Positions 38,654 to 49,940 of a stretch of 52,758 nt of DNA are shown one piece after another. How positions within the stretch are numbered: position 1 is the first letter of the stretch; every line of letters starts with the position of its first letter. Below the pieces are notes generated by a model that was not told the DNA's origin, did no database searches, and saw only the letters and a list, made by a program, of their open reading frames with translations. Where the stretch lies: assembly GCA_963666315.2 (NCBI GenBank), contig CAXXHG010000031.1, positions 1 to 52,758 on the forward strand, given 5' to 3'. This DNA comes from Candidatus Binatia bacterium. Lineage in GTDB: Bacteria > Desulfobacterota > Binatia > Bin18. Both the position numbers and the translations under genes were made by a program.

Positions 38654-40546
38654 ATGGGTATTCTCAACCTCACTGCTTTACCGTTCTTTTCCGTGCTCGG
38701 CATCCTGATACTCATTTATCTACGCGAGCGTATGCGTAAGCGGATTGAGGTCCCGAGTCTCCTGTTCTGGGAGACCATCGCAGAAGATAGAATCCGCGCC
38801 CGGCGCTTTTTGCCCGACCTACTCTTCTTCCTCCAGGCAGCCCTGCTGCTCTTGCTGGTCGGCGGCCTCCTGCATCCCTATTGGTCACGAGCAGTGATGG
38901 AAATGCGCGGGGACCGGCACATTCTCGTCTTTGATATCTCGGCCAGCATGCAGGCGCGTGAGGGACGGCTGCAGCGGTTTGATCTCGCCCTGGATCAAGC
39001 CAAATACGTGCTGCGCTCCCTGGCCCCGCTCGACGAGGTCATGCTCATCAGTGTTGCCACCCGGCCACGCGTGGTCAGTGGCTACACCACAGATCATCGC
39101 CTGGTATTGCATCGTCTCGAGGGCTTACAGCCGCTCGATACGAGCACCAACCTCGAACTCGGTATTGAACTCGCGCTGGTCCAGCGTGATCGGGCCGGGC
39201 GGCAAGCCCGGATTCATGTCTTTACGGATCTGCTACTCAGCCGGCTCAATCTGTCGGAAACGCAGCGCGGTCTGCTCACCTATCATCGGGTCGGAGAAAC
39301 GGACGACAATCTGGCATTGGCCTCAGTCCATGTATACCAGAATCCGTTCCAAGACTACTCTCAAGCCCGAGCCTATATTCTTGTCCGTAACTATACGGAT
39401 CGCAAGAAAAATGCGACGTTGACAGTAGAATTGAACGGCACCGCATTATTTCAACGCGAGTTCAGCCTCGCCGCCAATGAGACACGGTCGCTTTCTCTCA
39501 GTGGGTTCACCGGGCCGGGACAACTGGACGTCTACCTGGGACCTGAAGATGCCTTGGCAATTGATAACCACGCACTTAACTGGATAGCCGAGCGTCGCCC
39601 TTGGCAGCTCATCCTGGTATCCCCGGTTACACACCTGCACGCGGAACTGCGGCAGGTGAGCAAGGCTCTGCCTGGCCTCAGCCTGGTCATCACCACCCCG
39701 GAGGCGTTCTCGCCGCAGCAGTTACACGAGCAGGATGTTGTCCTTTTTCACCAATTCGTTCCTGGCGCAACCGTTCCGGCTAATAGTCTGTACATCTTTC
39801 CGCCCACCGAGAATCCGCTTTTTCCGGTTCTCACCGAGGCTGCGGATCTGCATATCCTCGACTGGGACGAGGACCATGAAATCCTCCATAACCTCCAGTA
39901 CGTGGAGGCACTGCCCTTCAAGCAGGCGCGTATCCTTGCCCTGCCTTCGTGGGCTCAGGTCCTAATTTCTTCGCGCACCCAGCTGGGCGAGATCCCGCTT
40001 GCACTGACTGGAGAAAAAGACGGCCACCGTGTGGTCTGTCTGGCTTTTGATCTTGGTGCCGGCAATTTGACGGATTCCGACAACCTGACCCTCTTGGTGC
40101 TCTTTTTGAACGCGCTGCGCTGGCTCCGGCCACCGAGTCCGCTCGACCCCCACATCCTCCTCACAGGAGAGACATTTTTTCTACCCACAGCTGCAACGAA
40201 CGGTGCGCCGGATACCCTGCGTTTGTCCACACCTCAGGCAGCTGCACTCAGCCTTGAGACAGACACGCTGACCCTCGACCATGTCGGAACCTACCGCATA
40301 GAAAGCGATCACTATCGCGCACTGGTGTACGCGAATTTGTTTGACGAAACCGAATCCGATATCGGACGTGAAACGACAGCGGGAGAGCTCCCTGTCGCTG
40401 TTGAAACAGCACGGTCTATGCCCCAGGAAGTACAGCGGGATGACCCAGTCGAATTTGGCCATAGCCTCTATTGGCTGGCCGCCCTCATTCTCTTAGGTGA
40501 GTGGCTATACGCCTTACGACGCTCTAGTATGGAACGTGCATCATGA
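38654..40546 (+). CDS. BatA N-terminal + VWA domain membrane protein
   Basis: VPSLLFW BatA motif, FDISASM MIDAS, VFTD, NLFDETESDI, C-terminal TM LLGEW. Confidence 0.88.
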   Translation: MGILNLTALPFFSVLGILILIYLRERMRKRIEVPSLLFWETIAEDRIRARRFLPDLLFFLQAALLLLLVGGLLHPYWSRAVMEMRGDRHILVFDISASMQAREGRLQRFDLALDQAKYVLRSLAPLDEVMLISVATRPRVVSGYTTDHRLVLHRLEGLQPLDTSTNLELGIELALVQRDRAGRQARIHVFTDLLLSRLNLSETQRGLLTYHRVGETDDNLALASVHVYQNPFQDYSQARAYILVRNYTDRKKNATLTVELNGTALFQREFSLAANETRSLSLSGFTGPGQLDVYLGPEDALAIDNHALNWIAERRPWQLILVSPVTHLHAELRQVSKALPGLSLVITTPEAFSPQQLHEQDVVLFHQFVPGATVPANSLYIFPPTENPLFPVLTEAADLHILDWDEDHEILHNLQYVEALPFKQARILALPSWAQVLISSRTQLGEIPLALTGEKDGHRVVCLAFDLGAGNLTDSDNLTLLVLFLNALRWLRPPSPLDPHILLTGETFFLPTAATNGAPDTLRLSTPQAAALSLETDTLTLDHVGTYRIESDHYRALVYANLFDETESDIGRETTAGELPVAVETARSMPQEVQRDDPVEFGHSLYWLAALILLGEWLYALRRSSMERAS

Positions 40547-43185
40547 CCGTGGAAATTCTCGGCCAACTGTATACCCTTCTCTCGCCAAAGACGTTGTGGC
40601 TGCTCGTCTTACTCCCCCTGCTATGGCTCCCACTCCGCGGCCAGTCTTACCGCGGTGTCGTGCTCGGTGCCACGCTGCTGCGCTCTTTAGCCACGATCTT
40701 GGTTATTGCGGCCTTGGGCGGCCTCAGTCGTCAGACCATCCTGTCTGATCATACCCTCGCCGTTGTTGCGGCCGTTGATGCGTCGGACAGCATCTCGGCA
40801 GAAGGGCGTACCTGGACACGCACCTACCTTGGTCAACTCCGAGAGGCACTCTCGGCGGAAGATGAACTCTCGATCCTCTCGTTCGCAACAGACACCCAAC
40901 TTGTCCTCCAGCCTGGGCCCGCAAGCGAGGCCGTCCTGCCAGCATCCTTGCCACGCCATGAGAATGCGGCCAGCACCAATATCGGCCAGGCTCTTGAACG
41001 GGCGTTTGCCCTCTACCCGGAGGGCGCGGAAAAACGTCTCTTGCTTGTGACCGACGGCAACGAAACAACTGGCAGGGCACGCCAGACTGTCGCCATAGCC
41101 CGGCAGATGGGAATCGCCATCTATCCGGTTATTCCTCCAGGCGGACGACACACTGAGGTTTCGCTTGAAAAATTCGTTGTTCCGCCCCTGATACGTGAAG
41201 GCAGTGTGTTTAATATGCGCATGGTCGTTCGGAACGGCCATGCACAGCCGGTCCAGGGCCGAGCCAACATCTTCGCCGACGATCGGCTACTCACACGTCA
41301 AGTGGTCATCTTGGAGCCGGGCTTGTCCGTGCTTGAGATCCCGTCCCAAATTCTTCAGCGTGGCAACTATCTGCTGCGAGCGGAAATTCAGACAGACGAC
41401 GACACTATTAGCGGCAACAACACCCAGAGCACCAGTCTTGCCGTTGCGGGGAAAACACGCTCGCTGGTCATTAGCGATAATGCGAATACCCACCTCGCCC
41501 GGGCGTTACAGCTCAAAGAGGTCGATATCGAATTTCGCCGGCCGGACGGACTGCCAACCAAGCTGACAGACCTACTCGATTATAACTGTTTGGTCTTTGA
41601 CGATATCAGTCGTGACGCTGTGACCAAGAAGCAAATGGCTGTCATCGAGCGCTATGTGCGCGACTTCGGCGGCGGCTTTATTATGACGGGCGGAGCGCAA
41701 ACCTTTGGGACGCTCGACTATAAAAACTCGGCGATCGAACGCATCCTGCCGGTCTCATTTCAGGAACAACGTCCAAAAAAGAAAAAACGTATCCCTATTG
41801 CCCTCTTCCTGCTCATCGATCGCTCGAACAGCATGGGCTATAATAGTCGGGTTCGTGGACTGCACGACGGACAAAAAATGCTGTACGCCCAGAAGGCGGC
41901 AACTGCCGTCTTAGCCCAGCTTCAAAACAGCGACCTGGCAGGTGCAATCGCCTTTGACTCAGAAGCCTACTCCCTTGCCCCGTTAGGCCGACTGTCTAAA
42001 AATCGCTCTGTCTTGAAAAGCCGCATTCGACGGCTGCGCTACGGTGGGGGTACAGACTTTTACAATGCGCTGGAGGCTGCGGCCGATCAGCTCAGCCGCA
42101 GTCGTCGGTCGATTCGACATATTATTCTGCTGACCGACGGGGATACCAATCGCAGTCCTGCCGATCATTACCCACTTATTAAAACTATTGCTCAGCGCCA
42201 AATCTCGATTACAACCATCCGGATCGGGACGGACACCGTCAATCTGCAACTGTTGTCCTATATGTCCGAAAAAACCAACGGACGCTTCTATCATGTAAAA
42301 GACGCGTCCACCCTCCCCCAACTCCTGGTGAGAGATACCCGGCGTACGATCCGTCAACAAGACAAAGAAGACGAGGGTCCTAAGGACATCATTCCGCATG
42401 TTGGCGTGCGAGGTCAGATTTTACGCGGCTTGACCCAATTCCCCGCCCTGGATGAATACATGTTAACCAAGCCGAAGAGGGGGGCCAACGTCCAGCTCTA
42501 TACCGACATCCACAAGGAACAGGATCCGCTGCTGGCAACGTGGCAGTACGGGCTCGGCAAAGTCGTTGTCGTTCCCTTTGATCCCAGTGGAGCCGGATCA
42601 GGCGACTGGATCCGTTGGGAGCGTTTCGGTAAATTCTGGTCTCAGGCCGTCCGCTGGGCCATGCGCAACGAGACTTCGTTGGATTACCGACTGAGCGTCA
42701 CCAAACGTGGAGAACGCACCATTCTGCGGGTTGAATCCTATGACAATGAAAACGGCGGCGTCCTGCAGGCCCGCTTCCCGCGCGGCACAAAGAGTGGAAC
42801 CTTGACGCTCATGCCGGTCGCTCCTCGGGTCTACGAAGCCACTCTACCGGCACGCTATCAGGGCAGGGTACCGGTGACGATAGTCAAACGCAAAGACGGC
42901 AAGATTGTCAGCCAAAAAAGCCAGACCGTACTAGTCAGTCAGGATACAAACGAGTCGTTCAAAGAATATCGTCAGCAGCAGCCCAACCGTGCCCTCCTAC
43001 ACGCACTCGCTGCAGGCACGGGCGGGAAACTCAATCCCAGCTTTAAAGAACTGACTTCCCAAAAACGCGGCGGGCAGAAGATTCTTCTCCAGCCACTCGA
43101 AAATATTCTCATCATCATCGCCCTGTTCCTTATCCTGGCCGACATCGCTCTGCGGGTTCTGTTCGGCCCTTCAGTTGAGGCATAA
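40543..43185 (+). CDS. Double-VWA + glutamine-amidotransferase-like domain membrane protein
   Basis: VDASDS and IDRSNSM MIDAS motifs, TDGNE/TDGD, YVRDFGGGFIMTGG, PLLATWQYGLGK, FWSQAVRW. Confidence 0.88.
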   Translation: MTVEILGQLYTLLSPKTLWLLVLLPLLWLPLRGQSYRGVVLGATLLRSLATILVIAALGGLSRQTILSDHTLAVVAAVDASDSISAEGRTWTRTYLGQLREALSAEDELSILSFATDTQLVLQPGPASEAVLPASLPRHENAASTNIGQALERAFALYPEGAEKRLLLVTDGNETTGRARQTVAIARQMGIAIYPVIPPGGRHTEVSLEKFVVPPLIREGSVFNMRMVVRNGHAQPVQGRANIFADDRLLTRQVVILEPGLSVLEIPSQILQRGNYLLRAEIQTDDDTISGNNTQSTSLAVAGKTRSLVISDNANTHLARALQLKEVDIEFRRPDGLPTKLTDLLDYNCLVFDDISRDAVTKKQMAVIERYVRDFGGGFIMTGGAQTFGTLDYKNSAIERILPVSFQEQRPKKKKRIPIALFLLIDRSNSMGYNSRVRGLHDGQKMLYAQKAATAVLAQLQNSDLAGAIAFDSEAYSLAPLGRLSKNRSVLKSRIRRLRYGGGTDFYNALEAAADQLSRSRRSIRHIILLTDGDTNRSPADHYPLIKTIAQRQISITTIRIGTDTVNLQLLSYMSEKTNGRFYHVKDASTLPQLLVRDTRRTIRQQDKEDEGPKDIIPHVGVRGQILRGLTQFPALDEYMLTKPKRGANVQLYTDIHKEQDPLLATWQYGLGKVVVVPFDPSGAGSGDWIRWERFGKFWSQAVRWAMRNETSLDYRLSVTKRGERTILRVESYDNENGGVLQARFPRGTKSGTLTLMPVAPRVYEATLPARYQGRVPVTIVKRKDGKIVSQKSQTVLVSQDTNESFKEYRQQQPNRALLHALAAGTGGKLNPSFKELTSQKRGGQKILLQPLENILIIIALFLILADIALRVLFGPSVEA

Positions 43186-43205
43186 GTCTACACCACAAAT
43201 ACAGG

Positions 43206-44768
43206 CTAGCGCTGCTTCAGCCATGCGCTGACCGCAGGCGGATCAACTAGCTCTTTCGCCAATATGCTCAGCACCATGTCTTTTACATGCACGGATGAGA
43301 ACTCCGGTGTATACACCGTTGCTTTCGTTTGCCCCGGCATCTTTAAGAGGAGCGGAATTCGGATATCCGTCTTTCCATCGTATCTATCGGCGTGCCGCCA
43401 GGGATGATCTGCGGTAATCAATACAGCGGTACTGTCCCACAGTCCCGCATTTTCCATCGTACGCCGGATTTCTCCAAGAAAATTATCCGTGAGGACCACA
43501 TTATCCAAATACCCAATAGGAGAATGATTGAGGTAGGTCAGGCTCTTTCGCTTTGCATCATAAATCGGTGGATCATGCGGCTGCAATAAATGCACGAAGA
43601 TGAGGTGCGAGTCGAACCGCTCGACCATCTTCTTCACTCGAGTCACTATCATGCCATAACTCGCCACATGGCCGATCTGGGCATCTGCAGGCAGGCCGTC
43701 CAAAAACGCAGCCTGGAGGCTTTGCCAGAACATTCTTGGATGCCCTCTCTGCGTCTCAAGACGATACGGATCTGTAAACGCCAAACGTAAGCACTCGGTA
43801 GAGAGTTCACCAAACAACCGGCAGTAGGGGTGATAAAATCCAATAATGGATAACGTCCGCCCAGCGTCTCGGACCTCAGAAAATAGATTCGGCATGCCCG
43901 ACAGTGAGCGGCTGTCTGTTGCATCCTCAAAATCTAATACCAGCGTCCTCCGATCCGTGGCTGTCGCCCGACGTACCCGTTTCCCTACCAATAATGCTGG
44001 AATTGCTGTCCAGGTGCTCCTTGACAAGGCCGGTGCGTTTGCAAACACAATGGCCTGCTCAGCAAATCTGTCGAACTCCGGCAGTTGTAGAAACGCAGGC
44101 CGTTCCGGAAAGACTAAGCGGTAATCTAACTCGTCAAATAGGAGAACCAGCATACGGGGAGCATTATCCGACAGGCTCTCCTTCACCTCAGAGGCATCCG
44201 CCCTACTCGCTCCACAGCATGGGGACTGATCGCTGGCCACGACCAATGAGGTCAGAGAATGCCAGAAGAGCTGAACAATAACTAAGGCAGCAAACGGAAA
44301 TGTGGTAACAAAGACCATGCGGACCACGCGAAATAACGGCCAATAAAAGCGTATGAAAAACGCTACACATATGAAGGCTACAAGAGCGATCGCAATCTTA
44401 GTCATTACGGAGATGCTGAGAAGCGCATACACCACATCTCAGATGTTGAAGCCGAGGGTGACCCTTCCGAGGTTCAAAGGCTTAAGCAAAGCGAAGAAAA
44501 CGAGGAGACTGGCGAACAGATGAAGAACCGGGTTCGCAACTTTCCTGATAACTCGAATTCCCAGGAAACACAGGCCAGATAGCCCAAGGACGAGGACCAA
44601 CCCAGCTATATAATCATAGGGCCCATAATCGGGCAGAAAGTACATGTCCGTTTCAGAGGCAAAGAGTAGCTTTCTGAAAAGCGCAAGATAGTTCAGTGTT
44701 ACAATGGTTGTCGCCGTTGCCAGATCGAAAAAGTATTGGTCCGTCCACTTGTGTGCCATTTCAGACAA
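43206..44768 (-). pseudogene. Membrane-anchored sulfatase/alkaline-phosphatase superfamily protein with one in-frame TGA at 44439-44441
   Basis: ORFs 44439..44768 and 43206..44435 are in the same frame (AAC ATC TGA GAT GTG). Motifs LLFDEL, T..AIP, H..QPHDP, ITADH, RIPL. Confidence 0.75.
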
Positions 44769-44809
44769 GCCTGAGTAGAGGAGCTACAATCAGGTCCACA
44801 TCCCCCAGT

Positions 44810-47800
44810 TCAAAACAATTCCAACTGCGATTCTTTCCTTTTCCCACGCAGCCTCAACTGACTCCGCCGGCGCTCGAAGAGTTGTTCTTCGATATCCGCT
44901 AGGTAGGGGGATGGCGACATGGGTCGTATCTTGCCGCGCCAGCGGCGCTTCTTGGCATGACACAGATAGAGCTTGGTCTTGGCTCTGGTAACTCCCGCAT
45001 AGAAAAGCCGCCGTTCTTCGGCAAGGGCAGTCTCGTTCGCCTTGCCCCAGGTCAGCGGGAGAATGCCGTCTTCACAACCCACAATAAAAACAACCGGGAA
45101 CTCCAAGCCCTTGGCGGCATGGAGCGTGAGAAGAGAAATCCTATCAGCACGCGGGTCCCAGGTGTCGATTTGAGTCTCCAACGCAAGAGCGGATAGAAAG
45201 CGATCCAAATCGTCCCCGTACGACTGAACAATTGGTTTGAGGAGTTCAAATGCCTCTTCAGCCTCCTCAATCTCCTTCGTTTTTTTGGACGCAGCTTCAA
45301 GCTGGCGGAGTAAGGCCACTTCACTCTGCTCATCACGTATCGAGTCAATCAATGTGGCAACACCAGGGTGATCTAGAAGATGGGTATGCGCTCGCTTTTG
45401 AAATGGCATGCCGGAACGTTGCAGTGCTTCGACGAGCGCACCGGCTTGCGCTTCAGTCCGATACAGCACGGCAATGTCAGCAAAGGACACGTCCTCAAAG
45501 GACACGTTCTGGCCTTCAGCGTCTCGCGACCGACCAGTATCAATAGAAAAAAAGCTGTGCCCACCGAGTAGGTATTCCAGAGACTGTACCACAAACTCCG
45601 CTTCAGCCTTCTCAGTCGGCGCTTCGTGTATGGTAATGAGGCTGGGGGCGTCTTCAAGCACAGGCCTGGATTTCTGCTCAGAACCTGACGGTGCAATGAC
45701 TTGAGACGAGAGTCTCAAGTCATTGCTATCAGACCGATAGTTCCGTGTGAGTCGCACGACTTGTGCGTGAGGAAAGTCTTCGCTGAACTGAGCGAAAAAC
45801 CGCACATCCGCCCCGCGAAAACGATATATAGCCTGATTGGGGTCGCCAATCGCACAGATATTGCTGTCTGGCGGAACGAGGAGCTTAATGAGCCGGACCT
45901 GTTGTTCGTCCACGTCCTGATATTCATCGATACCCACCCATAGATATTGCTGTCGATAGTGTGTGAGTAAGCCTGTGTCGGATTCCAAGGCATAGATCGT
46001 CCGTCCTATGAGATCGTCAAAATCAACCAGATTACGCGCTTCCAATGCCTGTTGGTATGTCTGGTACGCTTTGGTCTGCTTCGCCTCTGCGGGTGTTGTT
46101 CCGGTCCGTTTTGCCGCAGAGATAGCCGAGAGTAAGCTGCGGGTTTGTCGTGCGGAAACGCCAAGTGTATCTTATAAAAGTTGCTGCCGCTCTGCCTCAG
46201 CCGCAATACGGAAGCCACGTTGCAGACCTGCCGCGTTCCAGTGCGCTTGCAAAATAGCCATGCCGAGCGCGTGAAAGGTAAAGAGGGCAAGCTTGCCCCA
46301 GACATCCGGCAGGAGGCGTTGTAAACGTTTGCGCATTTCATCGGCCGCGCGGCGAGTGAACGTAATGGCCAGCCATTGCTCAGGCTGGACAGCATGATTA
46401 AGAATGAGGTGGGCAATCCTATGCGTGAGCGTGCGCGTCTTGCCCGAACCTGGTCCGGCAACAATGAGGAGCGGACCTGAGACGATCTCAGCCGCCTTGC
46501 GCTGATCTGCATCAAGTCCGACTAAGACACCGGACGCCTGCTGTTCCAGCGTTTTTTTCAAAATGGGCAGAACGGGCAGGGAAGCAGAAGCCAACTTTGC
46601 GGGCTTGGCAGGCTTCGCAGGCCTCGACTGTAGAGAATCTTCTTTTCGCCCAGCGAGCTTCTTCTTTTGATTTTCTTTTCTAGGCAAAACATCTGGTTTC
46701 ACCAATGGCTTGGTGTTATGTGGGAAAAATGACGGTCCACTGGTCTGTTGCCTCAACTCTTCGTCCCGGAATAGCTTGATCCTGCCGTAGACACCATCGT
46801 AGCCAGCTTCGCGAATGACCTCCTGCTTCCGTAAGCGGGCAATCGCTTCGGCCACTATCGAGTCACCAGTTTTCTGAATGTCTTCTAACGGAATATCGTT
46901 GATAAGCTGCAGCTCGGGTCCAAGCTGGCCGAGCAAGCCTTCGTAGTAGTGAGCAACTTTCTTACTCTGGGGGCCAACATGCAGGATCTCGGATAAAATC
47001 TCGGGCAGTGGCACGAGGCTCTGGACCGCGCCTGCCGTTTCAGGCCGGCTCTCGCCGCTCCGGTCGGCCAGATCATCTATGCGGTGCATGACGCCAATGG
47101 TCAACGGCTTGCCGCACTCCGGGCAGCGACCGCCAAGCTGCTTGGTCTCGTTGGGTAGTAAACAGACATGACAATTGCGGTGACCGTCGAGATGGTATTT
47201 GCCCTCTTCAGGAAAGAACTCTAGCGTTCCTTCATAGCCACGGCCTGTTTCCAATGCTGTGCGGATTGCAAAATAGTCAAGCTCTGTGTCAAAGACACAC
47301 GCTTCGCGACCCAACTTTTGCGGTGAATGGGCGTCGGAGTTTGATACCAGCCGAAAGCGGTCCAAAGACGATACACGCCAGTTCATCTCTGGGTCAGACG
47401 AGAGGCCGGTCTCAACCGCAAAGATGTGCGAAGCGAGGTCAGCGTAGCATTCGTCGATGGCGTCAAAGCCCGACTTCGATCCGAGCGCGGCAAACCACGG
47501 CGTCCAAATATGGGCCGGAACAAGATACGAGCCCGGACCTGATTCCAGCGTTATTTCTAATAAGTGCCGCGAATCCAACCCCAAGATGGGCCGGCCGTCG
47601 GACTTCAGATTGCCGATCTTAGACAGACTCTGAATAATGCGCGCGGCAGACGGAAAGTCAGGCGCGTAGAGCAGGTGATGGATCTTACGCGTCTTTTCCC
47701 CTTTTTTATAAATAGTCGAAATCTCGACAGACAGCATGAAACGCGTCGTCCCCTGACAAGCCGGCGGCAGCATGGCCGAGACCTCTTTTTCGAGGTCGGG

Positions 47801-48001
47801 TTTGAGGCGGAATAGTCCTGGCTCAGCAGGGACAAGTTGCTCTTTCAACTCGGCAATCCAAACCGGGTGCGTAAAATCGCCAGTCCCGACCACGGCAATG
47901 CCCTTCTTGCGTGCCCAATAGGCCAGGTGTTTCAGATCGCAATCTTTACTTGTGGCGCGAGAGTATTTGGAATGGATGTGTAGATCGGCGTAAAACGCCA
48001 T
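44810..48001 (-). pseudogene. PHP/endonuclease Q-like domain fused to a UvrD/REP helicase, with one in-frame TAA at 46172-46174
   Basis: ADLHIHSKYSRATS, GTGDFTHP, PAHIWTP, NSDAHS, GKYHLDGHR, CPECG; then AGPGSGKT, DEYQD, GDPNQAIY.FRGA, NYRS, TLHAAKGLEF, EERRLFY. The frame continues unbroken through the stop (QQLL*DTLGVS). Confidence 0.88.
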
Positions 48002-48030
48002 AGCTGCCCCTCCCCCGATCCGATTGGGGG

Positions 48031-48060
48031 ATTATCGACTGAGAAGAGGAGGCAGGTCAA
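48031..48060 (-). promoter_or_regulatory. Sigma70-like promoter for the PHP-UvrD gene
   Basis: Minus strand TTGACC-N18-GATAAT, ending about 30 nt before the ATG, with a GGAGG RBS. Confidence 0.5.
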
Positions 48061-48135
48061 CGGCAGGAGAGAAAACGGGCTTGATACAAGGGGGGGGGGA
48101 GCTTGCTGTATGGAAGAGGAGTCGAGCCATTTCCT

Positions 48136-49552
48136 TCACGTACACACCGCCTGAAAGTGCTCCGCCAACACCCATGCGACACACGAAGTAAGGCGTTTAC
48201 CCATAGACAATTCTAAAAACTCATTGGGTCCGTGCGCGTTGGAATGCGGGCCGAGTACGCCGCTGATCATAAACTGAGCGTGCGGAAACTTCTCACCCAG
48301 CATAGCCATAAACGGGATTGTTCCACCCTCGCCTATGGCACACGCATTTTGGCCAAAGAATTCTTGAGAAGCACGGTTCAGCGCCTGCTCCAGCCATGAC
48401 GCAAGGGGTGGAGCATTCCATCCTGCCGCGCCCCATTCCGGCTCGAACGAGACCTGGGCGCCATATGGTGGATCGTGGTTCAAACAGGTGCTTGAGCGCG
48501 GCTGCCGCCGCATCCACATCTAACGTGGGTGGAATGCGTAAGGAAACCTTTACTGCGGTCACCGGCCGCAGAACATTGCCGGCTTGTTCGAGCGACGGCA
48601 AACCGGAAGCGCCGGTAATTTCAAGCTGCGGGCGCCAGGTTCGGTTGAGGAGGAGTTGATGAATATTGTTAGTGACCGCTTGCGTTGTCGTATGAAAAGG
48701 GAATTCCCCGGCCACAGTCTGGCCCATCACCTGGGCCGTTGTTCGGGCTTGCTGCAGCCGCTCGTCCGGAATTTCGACCTTCAATTCAGACGGTAATATT
48801 TCTCCCGTCTTTTCGTCTTCAAGGCGGCTCAGCAACTGGCGCAGGATACGGAACGTCGAGGGCACAATGCCGCTCGCCGCACCGGAGTGCACGCCTTCGG
48901 TTAAGGTAGAGACGACCAGATTCCCGGACACGAGACCGCGCAAGGAGGTCGTGATCCAGAGCTGTTCATAATTGCCACAACCCGAATCCAGGCAGACCAC
49001 CAGACTCGGGGTTCCAATCCGGTCAGCCAGCGCGTCGATATAATACGGCAAATCCCCACTGCCGCTCTCTTCGCACGACTCGATCACGATCACACACCGG
49101 GCGCAGGCAACGCCCTGGAGCTTGAGCGCCTTGATTGCGGTGAGCGAGGCACAAGCGGCATAACCATCATCCGCCCCACCACGGCCGTACAGCTTGCCGT
49201 CTTTGATTATCGGCTTCCACGGACCCAGGCCCTCATGCCAGCCGTCCATAGGCGGTTGTTTGTCGAGATGACCGTATAACAAAACCGTCTCGGCCGAATC
49301 TCCCGGAATCTCGATAAAAAGCAAAGGCGTCCGGCCTTCAAGTCTGACAATATCAAGTCTCAGCCCTGGGACATCCTGGCCACGAACCCAGTTTGCAATC
49401 AACTCGACTGCCTGGTCGAGGTAGCCATTGGTCTGCCAGTCCGGATCATAGGCGGGGGACTGGTTGGGAATAGCCAGGTATTCCGTAAGGGTGGGGATGA
49501 TGCTGGTATTCCACGTATCTTCGACAAATTGGCGGGTTGTGTTGGTATCCAT
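48136..49552 (-). pseudogene. M20/DapE-family metallopeptidase with a +1 frameshift near 48477
   Basis: YGHLDKQP, GRGGADDG, CEESGS, SLRG, HSG. The coding strand reads GAA C CAC GAT CCA CCA TAT; the C-terminus (HDPPYGAQV...GGTIPF...NAHGPNE) is in ORF 48136..48519. Confidence 0.88.
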
Positions 49553-49664
49553 ATATTCACCTTTTCTGTAAAGATCGTACAGAATTGACAATTGAGAAGT
49601 GTAGCGGCCTCGGCTTCAAGATTCATCCGGTCTAGCCGCCTGGGGGTCAACTCGGTACAGTACC

Positions 49665-49916
49665 TAGTGCCGGACAGCAGGGATAGCCTAGCCATTAAGG
49701 GAGTGAGACGGTAGGGTAGCAGAGCACGAATCTGAGAGGAGGGAGACGGTTATGGCCCGCTTATCAGCGCCCCCCATTACGCTCTCGGAAGAGCAGCGGC
49801 GAGTGTTGGAGGCCATGGTCCGGAAACGCACGAGTCCGCAGCATAAGGTACGACGGGCAAAGATTATTCTGCGGGCCGCTCAGGGCCATGGGATTCGGCG
49901 CACGGTGCACCAGTGA
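49665..49916 (+). mobile_element. IS630-family transposase remnant (N-terminal HTH, ORF 49752..49916) with possible left end
   Basis: MARLSAPPITLSEEQRRVLEAMVRKRTSPQHKVRRAKIILRAAQG, typical of IS630 N-termini. TA-GTG start at 49665 is a tentative end. Confidence 0.7.
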
Positions 49917-49940
49917 TCCGCTGCACGGATTTTACGGGCT

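Noticed and set aside
44439-44441. Selenocysteine or genome-wide UGA recoding in the sulfatase-like gene
   Set aside because: The TGA lies in a membrane-region loop with no redox motif. Many genes here end normally in TGA, and the neighbouring gene has a TAA lesion, so a nonsense change is more likely.
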